From contig OZ024748.1 in NCBI GenBank assembly GCA_964016885.1, positions 5,270,001 to 5,334,000 of the forward strand: a stretch of 64,000 nt of DNA, written 5' to 3'. Source of the stretch: Eledone cirrhosa (taxonomy: Eukaryota). Shown in pieces: positions 1-14,134 of this stretch. The stretch's first letter is position 1; each line of letters starts with the position of its first letter. The notes beneath the pieces are model-generated. The model searched no databases. It was not told the origin of the DNA and saw nothing but the letters and a program-made list of their open reading frames with translations. A program made the position numbers and the translations under genes.

Positions 1-12
1 TATGTATGTATA

Positions 13-52
<40 letters not shown>

Positions 53-56
<4 letters not shown>

Positions 57-149
57 GTGTCCAAAAAATTGAATAAGCTTCAACAGCGTTCTAATAAATA
101 TTACCTGCATAGGTAATCAAAGTGTGTATACATTTTTTGGGACACCTTG
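53..149. mobile_element. ~100-bp Tc1/mariner-type MITE
   Basis: Starts TA|CAGAGTGTCCAAAAAA and ends TTTTTTGGGACACCTTG, an imperfect TIR of the CAGGGTGTCCCAAAA type. A second copy in opposite orientation lies at 33014-33114. Confidence 0.6.
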
Positions 150-151
150 TT

Positions 152-276
<125 letters not shown>

Positions 277-625
277 ATTTATATACGTGAACCTAAACAT
301 CGAGTGCTCACCCGGGTGAACGTACAGTAACTCCGCGTTACACTCCCTGGATATATATGTATGTATGTATATATATATATCCGTCGTCTTCCCCACCAGT
401 CTGGTATATACATTTTCTGAAGTACACTCACCATTCACATACACAGACACATATATTATACAATTATACAGAGTCTTCTACAGACATTCCCGAAACAATT
501 ACACACACAACCTCTAGAAATCTACTGAAACAGTCAACCAGCGAGAAAGTCATTTATTTTATGTGGAAGGCTGACACTTACGAACATTTACACACACACA
601 CACCTATACATATATATGTACATAC

Positions 626-693
<68 letters not shown>

Positions 694-791
694 GTATACG
701 TATATATATATCTGTATATATATATATATCTGTATATATATATATATCTGTATATATATATATATCTGTATATATATATATATCTGTATAC

Positions 792-856
<65 letters not shown>

Positions 857-2179
857 CGTATATCGTATACATATATATATATATATATATATTCATAAAC
901 ATATATATATATATATATATATATTCATAAACATATATATACATATACATATATATACATATACATATTTACATACATATATACATACATACTTGTACTT
1001 ATATATATATGTATGAATGTATATATATATATATATACATATACACATACGCACACATTACATGATATAAATATTCATAAACATATATATACATATACAT
1101 ATACATATACATACATATACATATTTATATACATATATACATACATACTTGTACTTATATATATATGTATGAATGTATATATATATATATGTATGAATGT
1201 ATATATATATGTATGAATGTATATATATATATATATGTATATATATATACATATACACATATACACACATTCATACGTAGACATACACTAATCAAATGGC
1301 CAGACCTGACTTCCTATAAATCTCTAGAGCCAAGCAACAACGGCTAACCCGGAGGACATATTTGTGTAAGGTAAGACCCGAGTTCAAGAGAGAACGAAAG
1401 AAATAAGGAAAGCAAGAAAGGAGGTAATGAATGGTAAGGTAAGAGAGGACAGACGCTATACTTTACAGGTATTCACTTCAATTGATTCTCAAATAAATCT
1501 TTGTTTTACCTCACTGGTCAACCCTCAGGTAAATATACTCCAACTTTGACATAATTTATGTTCGTATTGATGTATCGTTTTGTATGTATGTGTATATGTA
1601 TGTATGGTGTTGTATATAAGATTTGTTTAATGTAGGTATATTTGTGTGCGTGTGTGTGTTCGTTTGTATCTATGTAAGCAATTGTGTATGTATGATTTTA
1701 AATGCAACTGTTTGTCTATGTATGATATTGTATGTGTGTATGTATGTATGTATGTATGTATGTATGTATGTATGTATGTATGTATGTATGTATGTATGTA
1801 TGTATGTATGTATGTATAGGAGAATGAACGTATGTTCGGATCAATGTGCATGTGTACGTATGAATGCGTGTGTGTGTATATTTGCATGGACGTGAGTGCG
1901 AGTGTGTGCGTGTGTATAAGTAAGACAAATTCTCACAATTACCCCAGCAGAGGTATAATCAGACCTGTGACTAAGTTTGGTTTTCTACTAGCAACTATTA
2001 TGACCAATTGTCTTATGAGTGAAGATAGGTACCTGGAAACTGCTTGGGTGTTTCTTGAATTGATTGGGGCGAGGGGGGGGGGATTCCTTTTATATCAAGT
2101 CAAGGATTATTATAAGTTTGGGGTTGTGGATGTATATTTTACAGCCCGTTAGAACCTATTAATATATTGTAGAATTGTG

Positions 2180-2314
2180 TTGTTACTTTTTTACATCTTG
2201 CCTAAGCCTATCAATACATCGAGTGAGGATGTGCTTAATTTTATAACTGGTCCGAGCATGTTACCATGTTTTGAAGATCTACATTTTACTTTTGGTGTAG
2301 GGCTAAGGTGTCTC

Positions 2315-2320
<6 letters not shown>
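2180..2320 (-). pseudogene. Possible decayed C-terminal zinc knuckle of an I-group LINE ORF2
   Basis: Minus strand reads VTCSDQL / IKHILTRCIDRLRQ across a frameshift, resembling the CxxC...L(T)IKHIL.EC motif at the end of I/Nimb-type ORF2. Confidence 0.3.
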
Positions 2321-2367
<47 letters not shown>

Positions 2368-3113
2368 TTGCTCTCGTAACTCCCGAGTGAGTTGTAAGTG
2401 TACCGTATTGACATCCGGCGTTTCCTGAGCATTTTAAGCCTGGCGGAGCCCACCCCTCTTCAGGCCTGAGTACAGCATATTTCTTGCAGAGAAAGATAGA
2501 AAATGAAAGAGAGGAAATGAGAAATAGATATAGAGGAAGAATCGATCCCAGTACTAGACTGGTACTTTTTTGTCAACCTCAAGGTACGCACTATTTACCC
2601 TGGAATTGAAACCTAGTCACACGCAAGTGAAGTGGAATTATCGAAATTCTATCAATGTGTAAGAAAATCACGCCTGAATAACTGTGGCAATTTCGTGCCA
2701 TGTAATTTGTTGATCGCTTGGTCACGGCTTGTTTGTGTGTCTTGATAAAGGAGTTTCCAGTAGTGTCATTGTACAATTGAGAAGGAATTAATTGGCAGAA
2801 GATCGGGGTTGTTTATGGGACAACCTAACTACAATAGAACACAGTAGTATATATAACATACACATATATACATAAACACACATACATATATGTGTTATGT
2901 GTTTGTATTTCTGTGTGTATACACACACACGCACGCATATATATATATATATATATATGGCATGCTCACTTGAAAGAGTAAAGAATACGGAATGGAGGAT
3001 AAGTGGAGTGTGAAGTACAATAACGAGTGGTTTAAGTATCACAATACGATATATATATATATATATATATGTGTATATATATATATATATATATGTTTGT
3101 GTGTGTGTATATA

Positions 3114-3201
<88 letters not shown>

Positions 3202-3417
3202 AATGTAACATCATCAACTACAACAATAACAACAGTCAGGACAATTACGTAGCATCCGAATATTTGGGGACGTTGTGTATATATATATATATAACTGCAC
3301 ACACACAGACACACAGAGATATATATATATGCATATATATATACATATATGATATATATATAAATGCATACACAGACACACACATATATATATATATATA
3401 AATATATATATATATAT

Positions 3418-3490
3418 TTATTAAAATAACAGATTAAAGTTTAAGCAAAGAATCGCTGCTTTCACCCTTAACGGGATCTTCTGAAACTAA
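3418..3490 (-). mobile_element. (TA)n-embedded short repeat family A (degenerate hammerhead-like core)
   Basis: TTAAAATAACAGATTAAAGTTTAAGCAAAGAATCGCTGCTTTCACCCTTAACGGGATCTTCTG recurs at 7738-7845, 16295-16360, 18408-18472, 26296-26497, 34377-34513 and 34555-34627, always beside (TA)n. The sense strand reads CAGAAGA-TCCC-GTTAA-GGGT-GAAA followed by AATAAA. Confidence 0.75.
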
Positions 3491-3625
3491 CAAAGTCAAT
3501 CTGTAAACGCAGAAGTGGATATTTCAAAAAACGTTGCAACCGGAGGAAGACAGGAAGACGATACTTTGGTTCGTGGAAACGTTCCCTGGCAAAGAACGGG
3601 AATATATATATATTTATATATATAT

Positions 3626-3808
3626 TCGTAGGTCACGGGTTGAGTCGGGGATAACCACAGTAAGTAAGGTACTCAATACATGGCAGGGTAAAATTTTTTT
3701 ATTTTATAGAAGGAGCTTCTACAGGACTAGCACTGTTTCATTCCTGAAGATTTCATCTGAATGAAACAGTGCTAGTTTTGTAGAAGCTCCTTCTATAAAA
3801 TAAAATAT
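3626..3808. mobile_element. (TA)n-embedded fold-back element family C with hammerhead core remnant
   Basis: Arms TTTTATAGAAGGAGCTTCTACA..ACTAGCACTGTTTCATTC and GAATGAAACAGTGCTAGT..TGTAGAAGCTCCTTCTATAAAA surround CTGAAGATTTCATCT. A homologous copy lies at 47063-47236. Confidence 0.7.
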
Positions 3809-4009
3809 TTATATATATATATATATACACATACACACATATATATGTGTGTATGCGTGCGAAGGAGCGTGGTTTAGTGGTGGGTTGTATCCTTCAACTA
3901 GCCATTTTATTTCATATGGTTCCAGTCCATTCAGTTGGAAAAGATGAGTTGTACTCAAAACTCCATAGACGCTAACATAGGCTTGAACAGACATTTAAGT
4001 CTCAGTTGT

Positions 4010-4250
4010 AAAGTGATATCAGCTTAAATCTTGAGTTTCAAATCATCACGACTTAAATCCGATTCTTGACGCTATCATAAATCTGAACTGAGTGATGTGG
4101 TGATCGTCGTTTAAACCTGAGGGGTCTGGTGATCATGGCTTAAAAATGAGACGGATGGTGACCGCAGCTCACAACTTTGTGTTGATGTGATCGCGGTTTA
4201 AACCTTAGTGTTGAGGTGATCACGACTTAAAATTGAGTCGCTGATATCCA
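4010..4250. repeat. Diverged 29-bp minisatellite
   Basis: Successive units GGTGATCGTCGTTTAAACCTGAGGGGTCT / GGTGATCATGGCTTAAAAATGAGACGGAT / GGTGACCGCAGCTCACAACTTTGTGTTGA / TGTGATCGCGGTTTAAACCTTAGTGTTGA. Confidence 0.7.
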
Positions 4251-5026
4251 CACATACAATAGTATCCATACCTGCATACACATGCATGCATGCAGAGATG
4301 CAGACATATCTATCTAGATAATGTTGTTTAAATTTCAATGAAAGAGTCTTGTCTCTATGTTAGAAACCGACGCTCTCTCTCACAATTTGTAAACATTTAT
4401 AAAAATTATAAAACCAGAAGAACATACATACCATATCCTCCCAAGTTACTGAACCCCACTAGCAGCTTTATACTTTTTTACCCTACTCTTCTTGAAACAA
4501 CCTCTTATACTCTTCCTACCCGTTGTACACCCGCTATACCATCTATACTAGCACCAACAGCAAACATTAATCTAAACAGTGCAAATACGTATATCTCTAG
4601 AAGCTAATACGAAATTATTAGAAGCTTCTAAGGATTGAATTACACAATTAAAACACTTCAGTGAGTTACTATATATATATGTATAACATATAAATACATA
4701 CTTATCTGGCTTTGTTCTGGAGTTTTCTTAACCGGATCGCTCCCCGCTGTGTTTCAATTGGTTAGGTAAGGACCACGATAGAAGTGTCAACCTCAGCATT
4801 TTGACAGTTCTCAATTGCTTTGAGGTAAGCGGACACAACACACTCCTATCCCAATTCATTCTACCCCTTACTTGTATATACTTCATCTGTCACTCTCCAC
4901 CCTCGTCTTCACTTTCTCCTCTGCTCACCCACCCTTGATTTTCCTGTTTATTCAGATCTCTCTCTCAAAATCTGTATGAATATCGCATGTGATAGTATGA
5001 ACATTAAGCAGACGACATACACACGA

Positions 5027-5057
<31 letters not shown>

Positions 5058-5160
5058 TATACATACATATATCTATATATATATATATATATACATATAT
5101 ATACATACATACATATATATATATACATACATATATATATATATACATATACACATATAT

Positions 5161-5230
<70 letters not shown>

Positions 5231-5404
5231 GTATATACATATATACATACATATATATATATTTATACATACATATATGTATATATATACATACATATAG
5301 ATATACATACATACATACTTACATTAACACACACATATATATATATACACACACATATTATTTATATAATAATATACAATTAAATATAAATATGATATAG
5401 ATGC

Positions 5405-5476
<72 letters not shown>

Positions 5477-6027
5477 TTATATAAATGCATCACATATAAC
5501 ACGTGTATATACATTTCTGCATACATATACATACATACATACATCATACATACATACATTATACATACATACATTATACATACATACATTCATTCATAAT
5601 ATAGTACAGTAGACATGTATAGACATATATACTTCTGTCACACCATGATTGATTACATGTAATGGTATTATGTTTTTTTTTATTATAGCAATTTAGAGTT
5701 TATGAAGCTGTTGTTGATGTTTTTGGTAATGACGCAGCAGCATTTGTAGAGACCAACTCATCATTTATTTTTTCTCTTTTACAATTTTCGTCACATGGAC
5801 TACAACGTGTGAATTGTACCATTTATATGACATTAAAATGTGATTTGTAGGTTATTTGGCTGTTATGTTTAGCTAGCTGATACCACGTGTGTCCAATAAA
5901 TGTTGGTCGCAGCAGACGACATAGTTTCAATATCCAGTAGAGTCACTGTACTTATGTTATATATCCCGTCAGGTTGAAAGTTATATTTATACATACATAT
6001 GTATATATATATATATTTATAAATATA

Positions 6028-6147
<120 letters not shown>

Positions 6148-6238
6148 GTAATTCCGTCGGAAAAGTCCAGGAAAAAAGAATGCTCTATGTAGGTAACAGA
6201 GCTTAATAGTTATGTACATAACTATATATATATATATA

Positions 6239-6286
<48 letters not shown>

Positions 6287-6497
6287 TGTATATATCGGGA
6301 TTTTACACATCTCTATACACACTCTACGTCTACCCATGTATTGAGGACTCGCATGTTTAGTGGTCTCCTTGGTCTCATCACCACAGACTCTATTTTATAT
6401 ATGTATATATATAAGCATACTCATATATATATACATATATATGTATATATATATATGGGTCTACATCTATCTGTCTATACACACACACACATATATG

Positions 6498-6534
<37 letters not shown>

Positions 6535-6577
6535 ATCTATCTATCTATCTATATATATATGTATATATATATGTATA

Positions 6578-6640
<63 letters not shown>

Positions 6641-7427
6641 GTCTACACAGAGAGAGAGAGAGAGATTAGGGGAATTAAATGTGTATATATAATAGTAAAA
6701 ATATAAGCTTACACATCAATATATCTAACTGACTTCTGTGAGACTTGAACTCAGTACACAATAATTCGTAGCTCCAATAACGACCACCACTACTACAACG
6801 TATGTAATTTATTTGTTTAGCAGTCTTCTGTCTATCAGTTAATTCTCCTTCCAATCCAACACAGGCATTTTCTGTGAAACAGTTTATACAGAACCAATCA
6901 GTTCTCTTGCATTTCAGCGTCCCACACACATCCTTTTCTTTTTTTGGCTAGCTATCCATCTCATTTGTTATTCATGCTAATCTATAATAATTTGCGGAAC
7001 CTTCTCATTATATATCATATGGCATGACTGTGGGATTCTGCAGCCAGTGAAATGGCTGAGAATTCATTATCGAGATCAGCTAAACCGTACACGATTTTGT
7101 TATATGATGTGGTTTCGACACTCATTTTTCATTTGGTTTGAGTATGGTATGGTATGGTGAGAAGTGGTATGGTATGGTGAGAAGTGGTGTGGTTTGACGG
7201 AAGATGGTGCAACGAAGTCGAGTGAATATTGTGGTGTGATGTGGTACGGTGGGGTGTACTCTAGTGGTGTGTGGTGTGCTGTTGTGTTGTGGTGGAAGGC
7301 TAATTTTTGATAAACCGCTGTTGGTTTTAGGCATTTATCAAAAAAATGCTTTGTTGGAGTTAGAAATAATACAAAATGAGTGATAGATTTCAGGTACACA
7401 TATATAGATACATGCATACACACACAT

Positions 7428-7491
<64 letters not shown>

Positions 7492-7597
7492 GTTTATATA
7501 TATATATATATATATATACATAGGTATGTATCTATATATATGTATGTATCTACATATATGTATATCTATCTGTTTACCTGAAACATATGTATATATG

Positions 7598-7666
<69 letters not shown>

Positions 7667-7844
7667 TCATATATTTCAAGTACAAAAATACATATAAATA
7701 TAAATGGAATTATTTAAATATATATGTATATTTATTAATCTGTTATTTTAATAAATATTTGCTCTACGGTTCTTATATATTTGATATATATTTATCCTGA
7801 TCGAGCCCTCTTTGGATTTTAGTCTTCAAATTTATTATTATTAC

Positions 7845-7878
<34 letters not shown>

Positions 7879-8042
7879 TATAGATATTTTGATTATATAT
7901 ATTATATATTTTCAATGTTTATTAACTTATTTATGTATTCTATATATATATATATACACATACAGAATCTACATATTTATCGCATTTAATATATATACAA
8001 ACATAAACACACATATATATATGTACATATATATATACATAT

Positions 8043-8107
<65 letters not shown>

Positions 8108-8171
8108 ATGATATGTTGATTTAAAACTTCACTATTTACAAGTGTTTTTTAAGCTTCATATCATGTATCCC

Positions 8172-8239
8172 TATTTTATCTGATGAAAACGCAGATATCC
8201 CAGGATAATATTTGTTTTTGAAATGCGCATAATAAAATA
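8172..8239 (+). ncRNA. Type I hammerhead ribozyme (minimal, PLE/retrozyme-like)
   Basis: TATTTTAT-CTGATGA-[stem II AAAC GCAGATAT..ATATTTGT TTTT]-GAAA-TGCGCA-TA-ATAAAATA. Stem I is TATTTTAT/ATAAAATA, loop III is palindromic, and the cleavage triplet is AUA. Confidence 0.7.
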
Positions 8240-8269
8240 CTTGGAACTCTTTTAACCATCTTTTGATCT

Positions 8270-8301
<32 letters not shown>

Positions 8302-8302
<1 letters not shown>

Positions 8303-8419
8303 ATCTGAGTTCAAATCCCGCCGAGGTTAACTTTGCCTTTCATCCTTACGGAGTCGATAAAATAAAGTACCAGTAATGTACTGGGTAATTGCTGGCCTTG
8401 TGCCTAAAATAGAAACAAT

Positions 8420-8422
<3 letters not shown>
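8302..8422 (+). mobile_element. tRNA-derived SINE family 1 (octopus-type), 5'-truncated
   Basis: B-box GAGTTCAAATCCC, then GCCGAGGTTAACTTTGCCTTTCATCCTTACGG.GTCGATAAAATAAAGTACCAGT and tail GCTGGCCTTGTGCCTAAA.TAGAAACAATTAT. About 20 copies occur in the window. Confidence 0.9.
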
Positions 8423-8489
<67 letters not shown>

Positions 8490-8532
8490 GACGAAACATA
8501 AGTCAATTGCATGAACTCATAATCCTTTATTT

Positions 8533-8588
8533 ACTGCTATATATATTTCGATGATAGCCATTGAATGGCTATAACCTCATCAGGCAGT
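8533..8588 (-). ncRNA. Type I hammerhead ribozyme
   Basis: Minus strand ACTGC-CTGATGA-GGT T ATAGCCAT TCA ATGGCTAT C ATC-GAAA-TATATA-TA-GCAGT. Stem I is ACTGC/GCAGT, stem II has 11 bp starting G-C, loop III is palindromic, and the cleavage site is AUA. Confidence 0.8.
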
Positions 8589-8648
8589 TAGTCAGTTCTT
8601 AAATATGCCACCTCTGTGTTTATAATGTTGATGGTATCAGAGCCTTGA

Positions 8649-8711
<63 letters not shown>

Positions 8712-8892
8712 ATTCCTGCCATGGTGTATGGATGAAACTGTGTTAGCTAATAAAACTATGTATTTCTAAGTACTCTTTGGTTATTCCTATAACTATAACG
8801 GCTCTGTAGTATACTACATTGAGCTAAAACCACACTGTCATACCAAGGGCACTATATCTGCATGTTTGTGCATGTTGATATATTTGTTAACG

Positions 8893-8929
<37 letters not shown>

Positions 8930-9054
8930 AAAGTGTCGGGATATCGACTGCTGACTTCTTTCCGTTTCAAAAGCTAGTTCCAGACTCTACGACCCCAAGT
9001 ATTGAGTACCCTGTTGAATAATTATCTAACCAATTTCGAACTGAATCTTCTCTG

Positions 9055-9163
<109 letters not shown>

Positions 9164-9167
9164 CAAA

Positions 9168-9375
9168 GTATATTTTGAGTTAGAAACTCAAAATAGTCTC
9201 TTACAATTAAATAGCTCAAGGAAAACAATTTTTTTTCCGGGCCGTGTAATATAATTCAATATAACAAAGAGATATACACACAGATATACACACAGATATA
9301 TACATATATGTGTTCAAATCGTAAGGGACTAGATTCGCTATGGTGAATAAATACTAACTAAGAACACATGGTCCC
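9168..9375. mobile_element. (TA)n-adjacent short repeat family G
   Basis: TTTTGAGTTAGAAACTCAAAATAGTCTCTTACAATTAAATAGCTCAA... begins with a small hairpin. A second copy lies at about 23427-23612. Confidence 0.6.
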
Positions 9376-9450
9376 TTACGATTTGGACACATATATGTAT
9401 ATATCTGTATTTATCTCTCTTTATTATATTGAATTATATATATATATGTG

Positions 9451-9557
<107 letters not shown>

Positions 9558-9684
9558 CGTGTGTGCGTGTGTGTATGTGTATGTATATATACAGACAGAC
9601 AGACAAATACATAGAGAGATGGAATGAAAACATTGTCTTCAAAAACCTCACCCACTCACTGTTATGTACCCCTAAAAACATACA

Positions 9685-9720
<36 letters not shown>

Positions 9721-10144
9721 AACTTTTAGTTCCCCTCATTCCACTTGCAATTTTATATCATCTTCCTTCTATACTTCCCTCCTCCCCTACTCCTCATCAC
9801 TTCCTCCCTCCCTCCTTCCCACAGCAACACTCCACAAACTACCTCCATCTTCTATCTTCCACTATCATTTATTAACCTTATCCTTCACACTCCATCTACC
9901 CGCTGCTGCTTCAACCAAATTCTCTCTTCCGCTGTCTCGGATATGTACAATTAAGTGCATAGTGGTTTAATAGGAATTATGTATATGAGTATATTGATGT
10001 ACGTATGTTTGTGTTTCTGTGTGTGTTTATGTGTGTGTATATATTATGTATGTATGTCTAGTATTATTTTAGTATATGTTTATACATGTATGTGAGTATA
10101 TATATATATAGAAAGAGAGAGGGGGACATAGACAGAGAGAGACA

Positions 10145-10270
<126 letters not shown>

Positions 10271-10861
10271 TATATATATACATATTCATGTTTGTGTGAG
10301 TGTGTGTTTGTATGTGTGTACTTTTAAGTATGCAGGCATATGTTAAAGATCTTGTTTGTATGCATGTATGTATCTATGCGTGCTTGAGTGTGTCTGTGGA
10401 CGATTGTCTTTTAAGGTGTGGGGGTTCTGCTGTATTCAGATACAAAACAATATCACGACAGTCTCAGAAAATCCATTAACCCAATCAGAATATAATTACA
10501 TTTACAACAGGACCAATATCACTTACAAAATGGATGCCATTTCCGTTTTTCTAATATTTTTATTTCTCCGAAGTCCTCCTAACGTGCCTCGCCTTTTACA
10601 ACTAGCAAAAACACCATCACCACCACCAACGCCAATATCACAACCACTAACCCCGACCTCACAACCACTAATGCTATAGCAACCACCACCACTACCATCG
10701 TCAGCGCTGCCAGCAATAACACCATTAGGAACAACAGCGCCACAAACGCCACCAAATAACGCCATTACTACTACCACCTCCACCGCCGCCAACTAATACA
10801 ATTACCTACCCTACTACCATCACAACCGCGAAAACACCACTAATAACTGCATGGCTACTTG

Positions 10862-11100
10862 GGAAATATCAATGACATCATATTCTTGCAAGATGAGGCC
10901 CCAACTCATTTTCCCTACACTGTTCGGTCTGTGAGTGGCTTGATTTCCAATTTCCATTGACGTTGGTTGGTTTGGTGAGATTCACATGGATGACCAGCAA
11001 GTTGCCCTAAATTAACGCCATGCAATGTCTTTCTGCGGGGCTGGGCGAAGGAAGAAGTTTATTGCTCACAAGCAAAAATTATAGAACCCATAATTGAAGG
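10862..11100 (+). pseudogene. Decayed Tc1/mariner-superfamily transposase catalytic domain fragment
   Basis: Reads IIFLQDEAPTHF..VR / EWLDFQFP*RWL...*PASCPKLTPCNVFLRGWAKEEVY with stops and a frameshift. This matches FQQDGAPPH...WL...FP.RWI...WPARSPDLTPCDFFLWG..K..VY. Confidence 0.85.
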
Positions 11101-11376
11101 AACCCATTTGTCGTGTACTGATCGTGTCCCAAACGAGGATACCGACGAAGTTCCCGACGAAGCCAGTCGAGAATATATCCAGAAGATTACAAACTCTTGT
11201 GTAGAAACTCCGTTGTTTATGGAGAATTTTAACACAGTACTCTACTAAACATGTTTTATGAAAATCGACCGATAATTTAACAATTTTATAGAGTTAGTTC
11301 CTTTCAAACCACCTTGTAAATATATATACATATACAATATATTAACAAATGGAAACTATATTTATAAAACCATATT

Positions 11377-11442
11377 TATTTTATTATACATATTTCAAGG
11401 GCCACCAAGGCAAATTATGGTGCGCGTTCATCAGATAAAATA
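11377..11442 (-). ncRNA. Type I hammerhead ribozyme (left arm copy)
   Basis: Minus strand TATTTTAT-CTGATGA-ACGCGCACCA..TGGTGGCCCTT-GAAA-TATGTA-TA-ATAAAATA. Confidence 0.65.
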
Positions 11443-11742
11443 TAATACAGATTAGTTTTATAAATAAATATTGACATACCCTGAAAAAGAGACAACCTTA
11501 ACGGGGTGATATAAAGTTGATTGAGTATGCAAATGAGTGTCCGAAAGGTTTAAAAGATAACGGTATATTTAAATTAAACTGTTGGAAGAAGGTGATATTG
11601 GTGATATTGGTCATATTGGTGATATGATATTTATATCACCATCAATAAATGTAATATCTCCACTATCCAGGAAGCTCCAACCGTTAAGGTTGTCTTTTTT
11701 TCAGGGTACATCAATATTTATTGATAAAACTAATCTGTATTA

Positions 11743-11808
11743 TATTTTGTCTGATGAAAGCGCACCATAATTTGCCTTGGTGGCCCTTGAAATATGTATA
11801 ATAAAATA
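11743..11808 (+). ncRNA. Type I hammerhead ribozyme (right arm copy)
   Basis: TATTTTGT-CTGATGA-AAGCGCACCA TAATTTGCCT TGGTGGCCCTT-GAAA-TATGTA-TA-ATAAAATA. Stems I and II pair, and the cleavage site is AUA. Confidence 0.7.
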
Positions 11809-12270
11809 AATATGGTTTTATAAATATAGTTTCCATTTGTTAATATATTGTATATTTACTCCACTAAACTGTTGAGTGCTTTATATCAGTTATAAAAAAA
11901 TGTTTAAGCTTGTTGAATCCCAACAAATTAAATATAACCTCTGCATATACATATATGTATATATATACAGTACAATATATGTATATATATACATATATGT
12001 ATATATATACAGTTACATATATATATATGTATATATATATATATACATATAAGTATATATATACATATATGTATATATATATATATGTAAACATATGTAT
12101 ATATACCGCACAACTAGATATAAGTTACACATTTATAAGTACAAAACCTCCATCGCCAACTTGACCATATATTAACACCCGTGTGACCCCGAATGAAACC
12201 TAAATACTTCATTACAGCTAACATGCCATAAACAGCGCGCCGCCTTTTGCATGTTTGCAGCAGACATCTT

Positions 12271-12274
12271 CATC

Positions 12275-12338
<64 letters not shown>

Positions 12339-12606
12339 CCATAACTTCCTTTGTTATCAGCTATCCCCACCTCGGTCTCTCCTTTTCAAATTCTCCAGTA
12401 CCATTCGTCATACAGTTCCTACATTTCATCCTCCACCTCATCTCCACCACCATCTCCACCACCACCACCACCACCACCACCACCACCACCACCACCACCA
12501 CCACCACCAACAACAACAACGCCATCATCATCATAATCATCATCATCATCTTCAACTTTACCACTGCTTGTACAACTACAACTCCTCCACCACCACCACC
12601 ACCACC

Positions 12607-12637
<31 letters not shown>

Positions 12638-12985
12638 CAACAACAAAAATAACAACAACAACGCCATCATCATCATCTTCAACTTTACCACTGCTTGTAC
12701 AACTACAACTCCACCACCACCACCACCAAAAACAACAACAATAACAACAACAACGCCATCATCATCATATTCATCATCATCATCTTCAACTTTACCACTG
12801 CTTGTACAACTACAACGCCACCACCACCACCACCAACAACAATAACAACAACAACGCCATCATCATCATCATCTTCAACTTTACCACTGCTTGTACAACT
12901 ACAACTCGCGCACCACCACCATCACCACCACCACCACCACCGCCGCCACCGCCACCACCAGTAACAACAACAACAACAATAAACA
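12271..12985. repeat. Compound trinucleotide array with a repeated unique block
   Basis: (CAC)n/(CAT)n/(AAC)n tracts are interleaved with four copies of CTTCAACTTTACCACTGCTTGTACAACTACAAC. Confidence 0.9.
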
Positions 12986-13295
12986 ATACACAGATACCAT
13001 CAATATAGCATTAGACGTTCTAAGCACGACAAACCGAACAAAACTTCTCTCCACAATTGATGACTTATCGTGACTGGCTTTACACCTTTCCTGTTTCACC
13101 TCGTTTTCGTTCCTTCTCATATCTGATTGGTTGCTTCTTGTTTTGGCTACCACACAACAACTTGACTGATTGTCTGTAAGCCTGTCTGTCTTTCTGTCTG
13201 TCTGTCTGTCCCGAGACAGCACCCCCCCCCCCCATGTAACAAATTACAGACATACATACACACAAATATATATATTGTGTGATTTTATATATATG

Positions 13296-13370
<75 letters not shown>

Positions 13371-13533
13371 GTGTGTGTGTATATATATGTATATATATAT
13401 ATATGTGTGTGTGTGTGTATAAATATATATATATGTATATATGCATATATATATGTGTAAATATATATATGATTATATGTATCTGTAAATATATATATAT
13501 ATATATATATATATAAACATATATATATATGTG

Positions 13534-13574
<41 letters not shown>

Positions 13575-14134
13575 ATATATATATATGTGTAAATATATAT
13601 ATATGTGTGTGTGTGTGTAAATATATATGTGTAAATATATATGTATGTATATGTGTATAAATGTGATATATATATATATATGTGTAAATATATATATATA
13701 TGTGTATAAATGTGTATATATATATATATATGTGTGTAAATATATATATATATGTATATATATATATAATACGATACAGCTTCATGTTTTTCAAGTTAAT
13801 ACTCATTCATTAACATAATGGCTACTGGCCGGCAATGATCCTCACCCTTGTTACATATTCATTTACTTTTGGTAATCAATTAAACATTTTTCGAGGGAGT
13901 CAACCATGTTTTTCCTACAACTGTTATGGCCATCAATCTTATTGTATTCAACATCATTGCCATTATCATGCCCACCAACATTATCACCATCGTCATCATC
14001 ATAACCATCGCCATCATCGTCATCATCGTAACCATCATCTACATCGTAATCATCATTATAATCAACACTATCATTATTAATTTCATTCTTATTAGTTGCA
14101 TAGATATAGATAGATACGGGGTCTCATTTTTAGA

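Larger units (their letters stand above)
11330..11855. mobile_element. Inverted-repeat element (~175-bp arms), each arm carrying a hammerhead ribozyme
   Basis: 11330-11503 is the near-exact reverse complement of 11681-11855, with a spacer of about 177 bp. A truncated related piece lies at about 53525-53580. Confidence 0.85.

Noticed and set aside
12247-12964. His/Pro/Thr-rich ORFs resembling mucin, extensin or His-rich proteins (also 16841-17290, 42552-42863, 51037-51540)
   Set aside because: Several frames on both strands are open at once, as expected for simple trinucleotide or tetranucleotide repeats.
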